DNA from: a virus
Strand: one strand, 5' to 3'
Length of the DNA stretch: 52,515 nt
IMG/VR virus record: IMGVR_UViG_3300045988_128440
Positions within the stretch are counted from its first letter, which is position 1, and each line of letters begins with the position of its first letter. This document shows positions 23,614-34,400 of the stretch, in pieces. Both the position numbers and the translations under genes were made by a program. The notes beneath the pieces are model-generated. The model ran no database searches, was not told where the DNA came from, and was given only the letters and a program-made list of their open reading frames with translations.

Positions 23614-25322
23614 TTGGTTACAAGAAAACTAAAGATACTTGGTTAGAAACCTATTGGGATTGTATTCAAAAAGGATATATCTATTTGAATGATGAAAAAG
23701 TACCTTTCATTGTTGGTGATGAAATGAGATTGGAAGTTAGTAAGCTAATCAATGATTTACAAGATGAAAGGTATTATTATGTTACAAAAGAAAGTGATAG
23801 AAGAATTAAGTTTAAAGAAACTCTATGCTTACAAAGTAAAAAACCTTACTTTATGAAACCATTAGAATTAATGCTACACCAAAAAGCATTTTGGGAAGTT
23901 GTCTATGGTTTCAAAATGAAAGATACAGGATTAAGAAGATTTACGGAAGTGTTAGAGGTAATTGGACGAAAAAACGGAAAATCTACCGACATGGCAAGTG
24001 ATGGAATGTTTGACTTGTTTCTTGGTGAGGGTGGAGAAGATATAGTATGTTGTTCAAATGACGATAAACAAGCCAATTTGATATGGAAAGAAATTGGGGG
24101 TATGCGTTCTAGGTTAGATACTAAAAACGTTCTTACAAGGCAAAATTTAGTTGAAATAAGAAACGATACAAAGAACGTTACCATTTTTAAATTAAGTGCA
24201 AAGACTCAAAACAAGGACGGAAGAAATATAGATAAAACTTATTATGATGAAATGCACGATAGTAGAGATGATGAAATCTATATGGCTTGTTGGGAGTCAA
24301 TGTCCGTTAAAGATGAACCATTATTAATAACCTGTACAACCGAGGGATTTTTAAATGATATGCTCATGGACGAGAAAATGAAATATGCTAGAGGTGTCTT
24401 ATATGATGAAATAGATGATATTCATTTCTTGCCTTGGTTATTTACACAAGATAGCGAAGTTGAGATATTTAAAGATAGGTGGACTTGGTGTAAAGCTAAT
24501 CCTAGTTTGATTTATGGAGTTAAGAAATGGTCTTTCATTGAAAAGAACATGACAAAAGCAAAACATAGTAAATCATCAAGAGTACATATGCTTTGTAAAG
24601 ATTTCAATATCAAACAAAATAGTGCCGAAGCATGGTTATTTGATAGTGATTATAAATACGAACAAACACATTTAACATTAGAGGACTTTAGAAATGGTTA
24701 TGCCTTTGCTGGTGTCGATTTATCACAAACAACCGACTTAACTTGTGCAACTATTATGTTAATGAGACCGAATGACGATAACAAATACTTCTTTACTAAA
24801 TACTTTATACCTGAAACCAAACTTGATAGCGATAAAGAGGGAGGAGCAAAATATAGAGAATGGGTAAAACAAGGAATTTGTGAAGTACATGAGGGAGGAC
24901 AAGTTATATTATCTAAAGTAGCTGAATGGTACAAAGATTTATACGATCAATACAAAATTACAGTTTTCAAATTAGGATATGATCAAAGATTTGCAACGGA
25001 CTTTTTAAATACAATGCAATCATATGGTTATGGAAATAAGAAAAATGAAACTTGTGAAATGATTAATCAAAGTAAATTTGTTATGAGTACACCAATGAAA
25101 CACGTAGAAGCTGATTTAAAAGGTCAATTAATACATGGTTTAAATGATATGGATAATTGGTGTTTAGGAAATACAGCTTTAGAAGTTGATGGTAGAGAGT
25201 TAATAATGCCTATCAAGATGAAAACCGACAAGAGAATTGATGGAGCGGTAGCAATTATTATTACCTATGCAATATTTGAAAGATATAAGAGCGAATACTT
25301 AAAATTAATAGGAGGTGCATAA
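23610..25322 (+). CDS. terL: terminase large subunit
   Basis: 570 aa. VIGRKNGKSTD is Walker A-like. The C-terminal nuclease region, size and position before the portal gene fit terL. Confidence 0.85.
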   Translation: MIGYKKTKDTWLETYWDCIQKGYIYLNDEKVPFIVGDEMRLEVSKLINDLQDERYYYVTKESDRRIKFKETLCLQSKKPYFMKPLELMLHQKAFWEVVYGFKMKDTGLRRFTEVLEVIGRKNGKSTDMASDGMFDLFLGEGGEDIVCCSNDDKQANLIWKEIGGMRSRLDTKNVLTRQNLVEIRNDTKNVTIFKLSAKTQNKDGRNIDKTYYDEMHDSRDDEIYMACWESMSVKDEPLLITCTTEGFLNDMLMDEKMKYARGVLYDEIDDIHFLPWLFTQDSEVEIFKDRWTWCKANPSLIYGVKKWSFIEKNMTKAKHSKSSRVHMLCKDFNIKQNSAEAWLFDSDYKYEQTHLTLEDFRNGYAFAGVDLSQTTDLTCATIMLMRPNDDNKYFFTKYFIPETKLDSDKEGGAKYREWVKQGICEVHEGGQVILSKVAEWYKDLYDQYKITVFKLGYDQRFATDFLNTMQSYGYGNKKNETCEMINQSKFVMSTPMKHVEADLKGQLIHGLNDMDNWCLGNTALEVDGRELIMPIKMKTDKRIDGAVAIIITYAIFERYKSEYLKLIGGA

Positions 25323-25323
25323 A

Positions 25324-26601
25324 ATGGGTTGGTTGCAAAAATTACAAAACAAAGCTATAAATAAAGTTTTCTATTGGGCAAATAGCGTTAATGGAACACC
25401 TAGCTTTAGCCAATTTGGAAACAATATCATGAATGATGAAACAGTATTCACGATTACAAATAGGATTTTAGATGAATATTCTAAAATGAACCCTAGACAT
25501 ATTAGGGTTGTAAAAGGTAAACAAGTTGACGTTACTAATAATAACCTCAATGAGATTTTAAAAAATCCTAATAATCTAATGACACAAAGTGACTTTTTAA
25601 GAAAGTGTGCATGGTTACGAGAAACGTATAAGAATTGTTTTATCTATCCAACGTATGATTTATATTACAATCCTACTAATGGAAGAACTAAAAAAGTTTA
25701 TAAAGCATTATACCCATTGCAACCAGCACAAGTTGATTTCTTTGAAGATGATTTAGGAATTATCTATGTTGATTTTACTTTTATGAATGGGGAACATTCA
25801 GGAAAGATAAGATATGATGAAGTCATTCATTGGAGAAAAGAATTTGGTGAAAATGAATATATGGGTGGAGATATTAACGGAACAGCCAATAATACAGCCT
25901 TATTAAAACACCTACAAGAGAATGATAAACTGTTACAAGCAACATTTAAATCTATTGAGGGAAGTTTAAGAATAAATGGTATCTTAAAATTAAACGGTTA
26001 TATTAATAAAGAAAACAGTGAAAAAGAAAGAAAAGAATTTGAAAAGAAACTAGAAACTAATCAAAGTGGAATTTTAAGTTTAGATAATGGAGGAGAATAT
26101 ACACCTATTCCATACTATGGAAGAAACGTATCTAAAGACATTCTTAAATTCTTTGATGATAAAATACGTAGACATTATGGAGTTAGTGAAGCTATTTTAG
26201 ATGGTGACTATACAGCCGAACAAAAAGAAGCTTTCTATGAAACTGTATTAGAAAGCGGTGCTATCTCTTTAGGTCAAGCACTAGAAAGAGTATTATTAAC
26301 ACCATTTGAACGATCAAACGGAAACACTATTATTTGTTACACTAGTGAAATTCAAATGATGAGCGCTCAAAACAAGATTAAAATAGCTGAATTATTGCTA
26401 CCTGTTGGTGGTGTCAACACAAATACTATTTTAAGTTGGTTTGGTGAACCTCCTGTTGAGGGTGGAGATGAATATTATATGTCATTGAATTGGGTTAAAA
26501 AGTCTATTGCTGATGAATACCAAATGTCAAAGTACAATAATAACGCTTCATATAGTCAACAAAATAATGAAAATATTGTTAAAAATGAAAACAATACATG
26601 A
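25324..26601 (+). CDS. portal protein (HK97-family-like)
   Basis: ATG after AGGAGGTG; about 425 aa; lies between terL and the prohead protease. Confidence 0.8.
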   Translation: MGWLQKLQNKAINKVFYWANSVNGTPSFSQFGNNIMNDETVFTITNRILDEYSKMNPRHIRVVKGKQVDVTNNNLNEILKNPNNLMTQSDFLRKCAWLRETYKNCFIYPTYDLYYNPTNGRTKKVYKALYPLQPAQVDFFEDDLGIIYVDFTFMNGEHSGKIRYDEVIHWRKEFGENEYMGGDINGTANNTALLKHLQENDKLLQATFKSIEGSLRINGILKLNGYINKENSEKERKEFEKKLETNQSGILSLDNGGEYTPIPYYGRNVSKDILKFFDDKIRRHYGVSEAILDGDYTAEQKEAFYETVLESGAISLGQALERVLLTPFERSNGNTIICYTSEIQMMSAQNKIKIAELLLPVGGVNTNTILSWFGEPPVEGGDEYYMSLNWVKKSIADEYQMSKYNNNASYSQQNNENIVKNENNT

Positions 26602-26626
26602 TATAATAATAGAGAGGATATAAAGC

Positions 26627-26758
26627 ATGATAAAAGAAAATTACTATTGTTGCCCAAAATGTGGCATGAAACTTTTTAAACTAAAAGATAACTACCAAGT
26701 GAAAAACATTGAAGTTTATTGTAGAAAATGCAAAAAGAAAATAGATGTGAACCTTTAA
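26627..26758 (+). CDS. cysteine-rich KTR-type zinc-ribbon protein (43 aa)
   Basis: MIKENYYCCPKCGMKLF..VYCRKCKKKIDVNL, with paired CxxC motifs. RBS GAGAGG. Confidence 0.55.
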   Translation: MIKENYYCCPKCGMKLFKLKDNYQVKNIEVYCRKCKKKIDVNL

Positions 26759-26795
26759 GGTCGTAACTAATTAATGTTATGACCTTATTTTTATT
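26757..26795 (+). terminator. hairpin terminator between the portal and protease genes
   Basis: Stem aaggtcgtaac/gttatgacctt (one G.U pair), loop taattaat, then atttttattt. Confidence 0.45.
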
Positions 26796-26810
26796 TAGGA
26801 GGTGTGTTAA

Positions 26811-27470
26811 ATGGATAAATCTAAAAAAGATTTTAAAGATAAAAAAGAATTGCGATTAATGGAATTAAGAGCGGTTGAAAATGAAGAAAATAAAATGATC
26901 GTAGAGGGTTATGCGGTACGTTTTAATGAAACAACTTTAATTGGTGATAAAGATTTGGGTTGGTATGAAGTTATCGAACCACAAGCTTTAAATAAAGCCA
27001 ATATGAAAGATGTTCCTTTGAAATATCAACATGGAGATACTAAAGGAGTATTAGCAAGAACAAGAAATAAAAGCTTAACTCTTACTATTGATAATCAAGG
27101 CTTAAAGATTAGAGCCGAATTGATTGATACGCAAGATAACATTGATATTTATAAATCTATTAAAGCTGGATTGTTATATCAAATGTCATTTGCTTTTGAT
27201 GTAGTAGAAGAAGAAATTGATAGAAGTACAAACCCTGTAACTAGAAGAATTAAAGAAATTGGTACTTTATATGATGTTAGCGTTGTGGATTTTGGAGCAT
27301 ATCCTACAACTAGCATATACGCAAGAAGCAAAGAAATTGTTGGAGAACAATTAAGAGCCTTGCAAACATCTTTGGATAAAGATGAAAAAGAAACATTGGA
27401 TAATGTTGAAGAAAGAAAAAAATTAGAATTAGAAAAATTAAAAGCAAAAATTAGAGGAGGACTATTTTAA
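26811..27470 (+). CDS. prohead serine protease (HK97 family)
   Basis: MIVEGYAVRFNE..YEVIEPQAL..VPLKYQHGD pattern; position before the capsid gene. Confidence 0.8.
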   Translation: MDKSKKDFKDKKELRLMELRAVENEENKMIVEGYAVRFNETTLIGDKDLGWYEVIEPQALNKANMKDVPLKYQHGDTKGVLARTRNKSLTLTIDNQGLKIRAELIDTQDNIDIYKSIKAGLLYQMSFAFDVVEEEIDRSTNPVTRRIKEIGTLYDVSVVDFGAYPTTSIYARSKEIVGEQLRALQTSLDKDEKETLDNVEERKKLELEKLKAKIRGGLF

Positions 27471-28774
27471 TGAAAGATTTTTTAAAAAAGCTTATTCAAA
27501 GAAAAAAAGATGAACAAACAAAATTAAATAAGCGCATGGATGAAAGCGAAGATATTAAAGAAGTTCGTTCTATTGGTGAAACATTAAAAACAATTGCTCA
27601 AGAAATTGCCGAAGCGGAAGCACAATTACAAGCAATTGAAAATGAACCAAAAGACGAACCACAAGAAGAACAAAAAGATGATGAAGCTAGAGCTGATGAT
27701 AATTTAGACCCTAACGAAGAAGAACCAACAAATGAAAATGTTGAACGTTCAAAAGACTATGTAAAAGTTGGTGGAACTGACATTAGACATATGGCAACTA
27801 CAAATTTAAGAGGAGGTAACCCAATGGATAAAGAACAACGTGAAGCACAAAACAAAGAAATCGAAGAACGTGCTAAATTATTAAAAGAGGGTAGAGCGGT
27901 TACTGTTGCAAGTGGCAACATTTTATTACCTAAACACCAATCAAATGAATTAGCAACAGTACCATTTAGACAAGTTTCTACTTTCTATGATTTAACTAAA
28001 GTAAGAAACTTACAAGGCGGTGAGTCATACGAAGCACCATTTACTAAATCATATGGTACAGGTGGTTTAACTGAAGAGGGTAGCGCATATACGGTAGCTG
28101 AACCTGAATTTGAAACAGCTAAAATTAACAAAGTTAAAGTTACAGCTTATGCCGAATTTAGCGAAGAATTAGAAAGATTACCAAATGCCAATTATGAAGC
28201 TGAAATTAGAAAAGGTGTTGAAATTGCACTTAAAAAGAAAATGGCACAACAACAAATTGGTGGTACAGGTGAAAGTAATACATTTATGGGTATCACATCA
28301 TCAAACGCTGACAATAAAGCAGTATTAGCAAGTGATGATATGGAACTTTCAAAAATTGATCAAGATACATTAAATAAAATCATCTTTGCTTATGGTGGAG
28401 ATGAAGAAGTAGAACAAAAAGGAGTATTAGTATTAAATAAAGCTGACTTATTAGCGTTCTCATTAGTTAAAAACGATATTGGAGATCATGCTTATAAAAT
28501 TGATTTAGCTAACCAAACAATTAATACAGTACCTTATATTATCAACTCAAATTTAACACCATTAGATACAGCAACAAAAGGACAATACAGCATGATTTAT
28601 GGTATTCCACAATACTATGAAACAGCTATTTTCTCACCTGTTGAAATCAAAAAATCTTATGATTACAAATTCAAAGATGGTATGATTGCTTATCGTGCAA
28701 GTGTATTTGCTGGTGGTAACACAACAGCTTATAGAGGGTTCATGAGAGTTAAAAAAGGTGACCCTGTAGTCTAA
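27470..28774 (+). CDS. major capsid protein (HK97 fold) with N-terminal coiled-coil delta-like region
   Basis: 434 aa; overlaps the protease stop (TAATG); size and order are typical. Confidence 0.8.
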   Translation: MKDFLKKLIQRKKDEQTKLNKRMDESEDIKEVRSIGETLKTIAQEIAEAEAQLQAIENEPKDEPQEEQKDDEARADDNLDPNEEEPTNENVERSKDYVKVGGTDIRHMATTNLRGGNPMDKEQREAQNKEIEERAKLLKEGRAVTVASGNILLPKHQSNELATVPFRQVSTFYDLTKVRNLQGGESYEAPFTKSYGTGGLTEEGSAYTVAEPEFETAKINKVKVTAYAEFSEELERLPNANYEAEIRKGVEIALKKKMAQQQIGGTGESNTFMGITSSNADNKAVLASDDMELSKIDQDTLNKIIFAYGGDEEVEQKGVLVLNKADLLAFSLVKNDIGDHAYKIDLANQTINTVPYIINSNLTPLDTATKGQYSMIYGIPQYYETAIFSPVEIKKSYDYKFKDGMIAYRASVFAGGNTTAYRGFMRVKKGDPVV

Positions 28775-28792
28775 TGAAAGGAGATAGTGCCA

Positions 28793-29065
28793 ATGGAAGA
28801 ACAAGAATTATTAGACAAATGTAAAAAAGGTTTAGGGATAACAGGAACATATCAAGATGATACTTTGAAAATCTATATTGACGAAGTAAAAGAGTATATG
28901 TTAGGTGCTGGAGTTCCTGAACAAATTGTCAATAGTAAAAAAGCTGTTGGTACTATCATTCGTGGAGTTAGTGATTTATGGGATTATGGAAGCGGTAAAA
29001 CTTCCTTATCCCCATATTTCTATGAAAGAGTAAACCAATTAAGAGTAGGTGTTGACAATGTATAG
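28793..29065 (+). CDS. head-tail connector (gp6-like)
   Basis: 90 aa, immediately after the capsid gene. RBS GAAAGGAGA. Confidence 0.6.
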   Translation: MEEQELLDKCKKGLGITGTYQDDTLKIYIDEVKEYMLGAGVPEQIVNSKKAVGTIIRGVSDLWDYGSGKTSLSPYFYERVNQLRVGVDNV

Positions 29066-29408
29066 ACCTAATGAAATAGACGACATGAAAATACCTATCA
29101 AGGTTTACAAAAGAACAAAAGTATATGTATTAGGAAAACCTAAATTTGAGAATGTAGAAATAAATGACCCTATAGTCATGTGTAATTTTAAATCATATGG
29201 TGGAACTGAAAGAGAAGATAACGGAATGATCGTTATTAGAGATACAGCAACTGTTACAACATGGTTTAGACCTGACATTACTAGTGATTGTGTTATTGAA
29301 CATTTACAAACAGGTAAATTTTACGAAGTACAAAACGAGCCTGAAAACTTTGGAATGAGAAATCAATATATGCAATTTAGAGTTGAAAGGATAAACCCAA
29401 ATGTCTAA
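29058..29408 (+). CDS. head closure / head-tail adaptor protein
   Basis: Called from size, order and gene overlap. Confidence 0.5.
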   Translation: MYRPNEIDDMKIPIKVYKRTKVYVLGKPKFENVEINDPIVMCNFKSYGGTEREDNGMIVIRDTATVTTWFRPDITSDCVIEHLQTGKFYEVQNEPENFGMRNQYMQFRVERINPNV

Positions 29409-29796
29409 AAGCGTATGTGACATAAAATTTTATGGCTTTGATGAATTAGCAAAAAGTCTTGATGTAGCCGATAATGTTTTAAAAAAAGCAATAGAGGATT
29501 GCATGAAGAAAAGCGCTGAATTACCAAAGAGAGATATGTTAGATTTTATGTCTAAACATAAATTAACAGGAGTAACGGAAAGAAGTTTCAAAGATTTAGA
29601 TATTACATGGAAAGGGAATGTATGTACAGGTGCAATAGGTTTTGATATACCAAGTGGAGGTTTACCAGCGGTATTTTTAGATAAAGGCACACCAAAAATA
29701 AGACCTAAATATTTTATCTATTATGCTGTTACTAATAACGCTAGGGAAATTGAAAAAATGCAAAGAGAAACATTAAAAAAGATATTGGGAGGTTAG
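29401..29796 (+). CDS. HK97 gp10-like tail-completion/neck protein
   Basis: Called from position and size; contains the segment GFDELAKSL..KKSAELPKRDM.. Confidence 0.5.
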   Translation: MSKSVCDIKFYGFDELAKSLDVADNVLKKAIEDCMKKSAELPKRDMLDFMSKHKLTGVTERSFKDLDITWKGNVCTGAIGFDIPSGGLPAVFLDKGTPKIRPKYFIYYAVTNNAREIEKMQRETLKKILGG

Positions 29797-29801
29797 ATGA
29801 T

Positions 29802-30149
29802 ATGAATGAAGAACTAGTTAATTTGTTGAGTACGTTTGGTTATCCTGTTATTCAACAAGGAAGCATGGGAGAAGATGAAGCTTACCCTGATAGCTTGTTT
29901 ACATTCTATAACATTGATACACCTGATGATGGTTTCTATGACAATAACCCTACACGTTCCATTTGGACATATTACATATATTTTTATAGCAATGACCCTT
30001 TATTAGTTAACACTAAATTAAGGGAAGCAACTGATTTATTAAGAAAAAATAAATGGATTGTAAATCAAAGAAATGGCTATGACATTGAAAGTGATGTTGA
30101 TACACATAGCGGTAGATATACAACTGTTTATTATATAAAGGAGGATTAA
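29802..30149 (+). CDS. tail terminator-like protein
   Basis: Position directly before the major tail gene. RBS GGGAGG. Confidence 0.45.
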   Translation: MNEELVNLLSTFGYPVIQQGSMGEDEAYPDSLFTFYNIDTPDDGFYDNNPTRSIWTYYIYFYSNDPLLVNTKLREATDLLRKNKWIVNQRNGYDIESDVDTHSGRYTTVYYIKED

Positions 30150-30153
30150 GCAA

Positions 30154-30771
30154 ATGACTGAAAAAGGATATACTGAATTTCAAGGGGTAGATAAAGTATG
30201 GATTGCGGAAGTTACCGAAGATAGTGATGAAAATTACACTTGCGGAACACCTGAACATTTAATTCCAGCAGGTGAATTAAGCACAACTTCAAATACTGAT
30301 AAAGCAACAAAATATTATGACAATATTCCTTTCTTGGTTGTAGCTAGTGAGGGTTCAACTGATTTGACATTAACTTGTCCTGTTTTACCTTTAGAAACGC
30401 AATCAAAAATCACAGGGAAATATTATGATAAAACAACAGGAGCATTAATGGATAGTGGTCAACATATTGTTAAATATTTTGCTTTAATGTATAGAGAAAG
30501 ATTTTTAGATGGTACTTATAGATATGTTGTTAGACATAAAACTTCAATCTCATTAAATGATCAATCAAATAAATCATTAGATGACTCAACTGACTCAAAC
30601 GGTATGGAGTTAGCTATTTCATCAATTACAACACAACACGTATTTACAAAAACAGGCACAGTAAGTAAAGCAATGATTGTTGATGAAAGAGATGGAAAAG
30701 CTGATGTATCTAAATGGTATACAGCAGTTGAAACACCTGATACTTTAAAACCTAAAAGCCCATCAATGTAA
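30154..30771 (+). CDS. major tail protein
   Basis: 205 aa with RBS AAAGGAGG; lies upstream of the G/GT chaperone pair and the tape measure. Confidence 0.7.
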   Translation: MTEKGYTEFQGVDKVWIAEVTEDSDENYTCGTPEHLIPAGELSTTSNTDKATKYYDNIPFLVVASEGSTDLTLTCPVLPLETQSKITGKYYDKTTGALMDSGQHIVKYFALMYRERFLDGTYRYVVRHKTSISLNDQSNKSLDDSTDSNGMELAISSITTQHVFTKTGTVSKAMIVDERDGKADVSKWYTAVETPDTLKPKSPSM

Positions 30772-30774
30772 TTA

Positions 30775-30787
30775 TTCAAATAGTAAA
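30775..30787 (+). repeat. TTCAAATAGTAAA motif copy (perfect)
   Basis: 4 nt after the major tail stop; 63 nt before ATG 30851. Confidence 0.9.
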
Positions 30788-30850
30788 TTAAGAGGATAGC
30801 TGGAATATAAATTCCTCTATCTTCTTTTTATATAAAAGGAGAGAAAAGAA

Positions 30851-31195
30851 ATGGAATTAGTATTAAATATCTATTCAAGAGAAAGAGACGAAAACGGAAA
30901 TAGAATTATCTCAAAAACATACAAAGCAAATGATTATGAATTGTTGTATGGAGTGGTTGAAGATGTATTAAATTTATTTGACCCTAACGTGTTAAAAGAT
31001 GAAGAAAAATTACTTGATATTATCCAAAGTGCAAGAAATGAAGTTAATGATCTATTAAAAGATATTTTCTTTGGAATTACTGATGAAGAATTAAGATATA
31101 CAACATTAAATGAAATCGTTGAGGTAGTAGTTAATGTTTTAAAATATTCAATCGTTGGAATTGTTGGTAAGGCAAAAAACGCAGTGAGGGGTTAG
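30851..31195 (+). CDS. tail assembly chaperone (G-like)
   Basis: 114 aa, immediately upstream of the tape measure; contains a slip site near its 3' end. Confidence 0.75.
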   Translation: MELVLNIYSRERDENGNRIISKTYKANDYELLYGVVEDVLNLFDPNVLKDEEKLLDIIQSARNEVNDLLKDIFFGITDEELRYTTLNEIVEVVVNVLKYSIVGIVGKAKNAVRG

Positions 31196-31392
31196 AAGAT
31201 AAGACCCCAACCTATCAAAAATTATTTGAAATGACCCTAGTATTATGTGAAAAATTTCCCTCTTTAAATCCTATAACGATAAGACAAACAAGAGCAAAGG
31301 AAATGTTTAAATTGATACAAAGGTTAAACGATAGTACAAAACCAAAAGCAAAACCAAGAAAAAGGGTTACGGCTGATAATTCATATTGGTAA
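30851..31392 (+). CDS. tail assembly chaperone -1 frameshift product (GT-like): 30851..31180 joined to 31180..31392
   Basis: The -1 frame after A_AAA_AAC reads RSEGLEDKTPTYQKLFEMTLVLCEKFPSLNPITIRQTRAKEMFKLIQRLN.. and stops at TAA 31390-31392. Confidence 0.7.
31174..31180 (+). promoter_or_regulatory. -1 programmed ribosomal frameshift slippery heptamer A_AAA_AAC
   Basis: In the correct X_XXY_YYZ register with the zero frame (codons aaa 31175, aac 31178). Confidence 0.7.
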
Positions 31393-31407
31393 AAGTGAGG
31401 TGATAGT

Positions 31408-34400
31408 ATGCCAAAGAATGAAAATAAAGTAGGTGCTTTGTTTGAATTTAATATTGATGAATTAAAGCAAGGTTTAAAAGAAGCAAAGCAAAGTATCTCA
31501 CTTACTACAAGTGAATTTCAAAAATCTACAGCAGGTTTAAGTAATTGGGCGAAAACTAGTGATGGATTAGGTAAAAAGATAAATGAATTATCTTCAAACA
31601 TGGCACATCAAGAATATGTTATTGCCAATCTAAAAGAACAATATAGACGAGTAGCCGAAGAGCAAGGGGAAAACAGCGAAGAAGCTACAAAGCTATTAAT
31701 TCAAATAAATAAAGCCGAAGCTACTTACAATAAAATGGGTAGTCAATTACAAGATTATCAAAGCAAATTATCACGAGTGCAGGCCAGTGAAAAGGGTGTA
31801 AGTGATGAATTAGCAAAAACAAGTAATGTAGCTGACAAGGCAACAAAAGAATTTCAAGAAGCTACTAAAGGTATGATTGATTGGAAAAGCAATAGCGAGG
31901 GTTTAAGCGCAAAACTTAAACAATTAAATACAATCATTCCTGAACAATCTAACCTTGTAAAAAATCTAGAAAAAAGATATGAGGATTTAGTAAACTCACA
32001 AGATTATACCGAAGAAGAAGCCAAAGCATTACAAAGCGAATGGCAAAAACAAAAAGGGGTATTAAACAGTTTAGAAAATGATGTTAATAAATACTCAAAA
32101 GAGCTTGATAAACTAGAGGGAAATACAAAAGAAGTAGATAACGCTACAAGTGATTTAAATGATGGTTTTACAGTCGCTAAAGGTGTTATGGCTAATCTAG
32201 TAGCCGAGGGAATTAAACAAGTTATAAGTGGATTTAAAGACCTTATAGTTGATGTTGCGAAGTTTTCGGTTGAATATGATAAAGCTATGAATAGCTTTCA
32301 AGCAAAAACAGGTGTTTCCGCTAAAGCTATGGAGCAATTCAAAGGCGAAATAGAGGACTTGTATAAAAATAATTATGGTGAGTCTATTGAAGATGTTGGA
32401 GACGCAATGGCTGTTGTTGCTCAACAATCAAAAGAAGTAGACCCATCTAAAATTAAAGATTTAGCAAAGAACGCTATATTATTAAGAGATACATTTGATT
32501 TTGATGTCAATGAAAGTATTAGAAGTGCTAATATGCTCATGGAACAATTCGGTATTTCAGGAGATGAAGCATATACATTAATAGCACAAGGCGCTCAAAA
32601 GGGATTAGATAAAAACGGAGATTTGTTAGATACAGTAAATGAGTATGCAGTTCACTATAAACAATTAGGCTATACGAGTGAAGAGTTCTTTAATTCATTA
32701 ATCAATGGTTCAGCAAGTGGAACATTCAGCGTTGACAAATTAGGGGACGCTATGAAAGAGTTTGGTATTCGTGCAAAAGATACAGCAAACTCAACAACCG
32801 AGGGATTTGAATTAATTGGTTTAGACGCTGATAAAATGCGTGATAAATTCTCAAAAGGTGGACAAACAGCAAGAAAAGCAACCGAAGAAACATTAAAAGC
32901 ATTATTCAATCTTGATGATCAAGTCAAACAAAACCAAGCAGGTGTAGACCTCTTTGGTACTATGTGGGAAGATTTGGGGATTGATGGAGTAAAAGCTTTA
33001 ATGAATGTAAATGGTGAAGCTAGTACAACAGCCGATACTTTAAAAGAAATTGATGAAGTAAAATATGATGATTTAGGAAGTCAATTTACTCAAATAGGTA
33101 GAAGTATCAAGACTAATTTAGTTCAACCAATTTCACAAAACGCAACACCTGTATTAAAAGAATTTCTAAAAGAAGCAAGTAACAGTAGTGAATTAAAAGA
33201 ATTTGGTCAAGATTTAGTAGATGTAGCAAGTGGTTCTATTGAGTTAGGAGTTAAGGCTTTACCAACAGTAGCAAGTGTATTAAAGACATTAACACCTTTA
33301 ATCGTTGCTGGTGGTAGTGCTTTGTTAGTTTATAACACATATACCAAAACAACCGCAATGCTTACAAAAGGAGCAACAATAGCAACAACAGCTTACAATA
33401 CTGTTATGGGGTTGTTCAAAGTTGCTACAACAACAGCAACAACAGCTACAGTTGCTCAAACAGTTGCCCAAACAGGCTTAAATACAGCTATGAAGATGAA
33501 CCCTGTAGGATTAGTTCTATCTTTAGTAACAGCTTTGGGGGTTGGATTATTCGCCTTATCTAAATCAACCGAAGATTATACAGGAGTTCAAAATAAAGAA
33601 ATTGAAAAAACCAAAGAAAGCATTAAGGAAATAAAAGAAGAAATTAATGCAAGACAAGAGGTTATTGATAAGCAAAAAGAACAAATTAGTTCTAACATGG
33701 CTGAAATGGACAATGTAGCTAATTTAAATAATGAGTTGAAGTCATTAGTTGATGAAAACGGAAAGGTTAAAGAGGGATATGAAAATCGTGTTCAATTTAT
33801 TCTCAATGAGTTATCAAATGCTACAGGTGTAGAAATTTCTTTAATTGATGGGCAAATTAAGAACTATCAAGACTTACAAAAAGAAATTGATAATACTGTA
33901 TTGAAGAAAAAGGCTGAATTGATTTTAAGCGCACAAGAAGAAGCATATACACAAGCTATTGAAAATCGTACAAAGGCTATTGATAAACAACGTCAATTCC
34001 AACAAGAATTAACAAAAAGCGAAAATGAATTAAAGAAAGCTAAAGAAGAATATAACAAGGTTTTAGCTGACCCATACGCAACTCAATTAGATTTAAGTAT
34101 GGCAAGGTCAAGAATGGAAACAGCCACAACTGAAAAAGCCACAAAAGAAAAGCAATACAACGATCAAAAGACTATTGTTGATGGCTACTATAAAGACATT
34201 GCTACTTATGAACAAAACGCTACATTGTTAGCAAGTGACAATGCCGAAGATTGGAAAAAAGTAATCAATAGCGTATCACAAGGTTATAAAGATGGAAAAG
34301 ATAGTGTAGAACTTACTTTAAGCGAACAAATTCAAAACCAACAATTAGCAGTTCAAGCAAATAAAAAGTTGTTAAATCAAGATGTTAAAAATGGAAAAGA

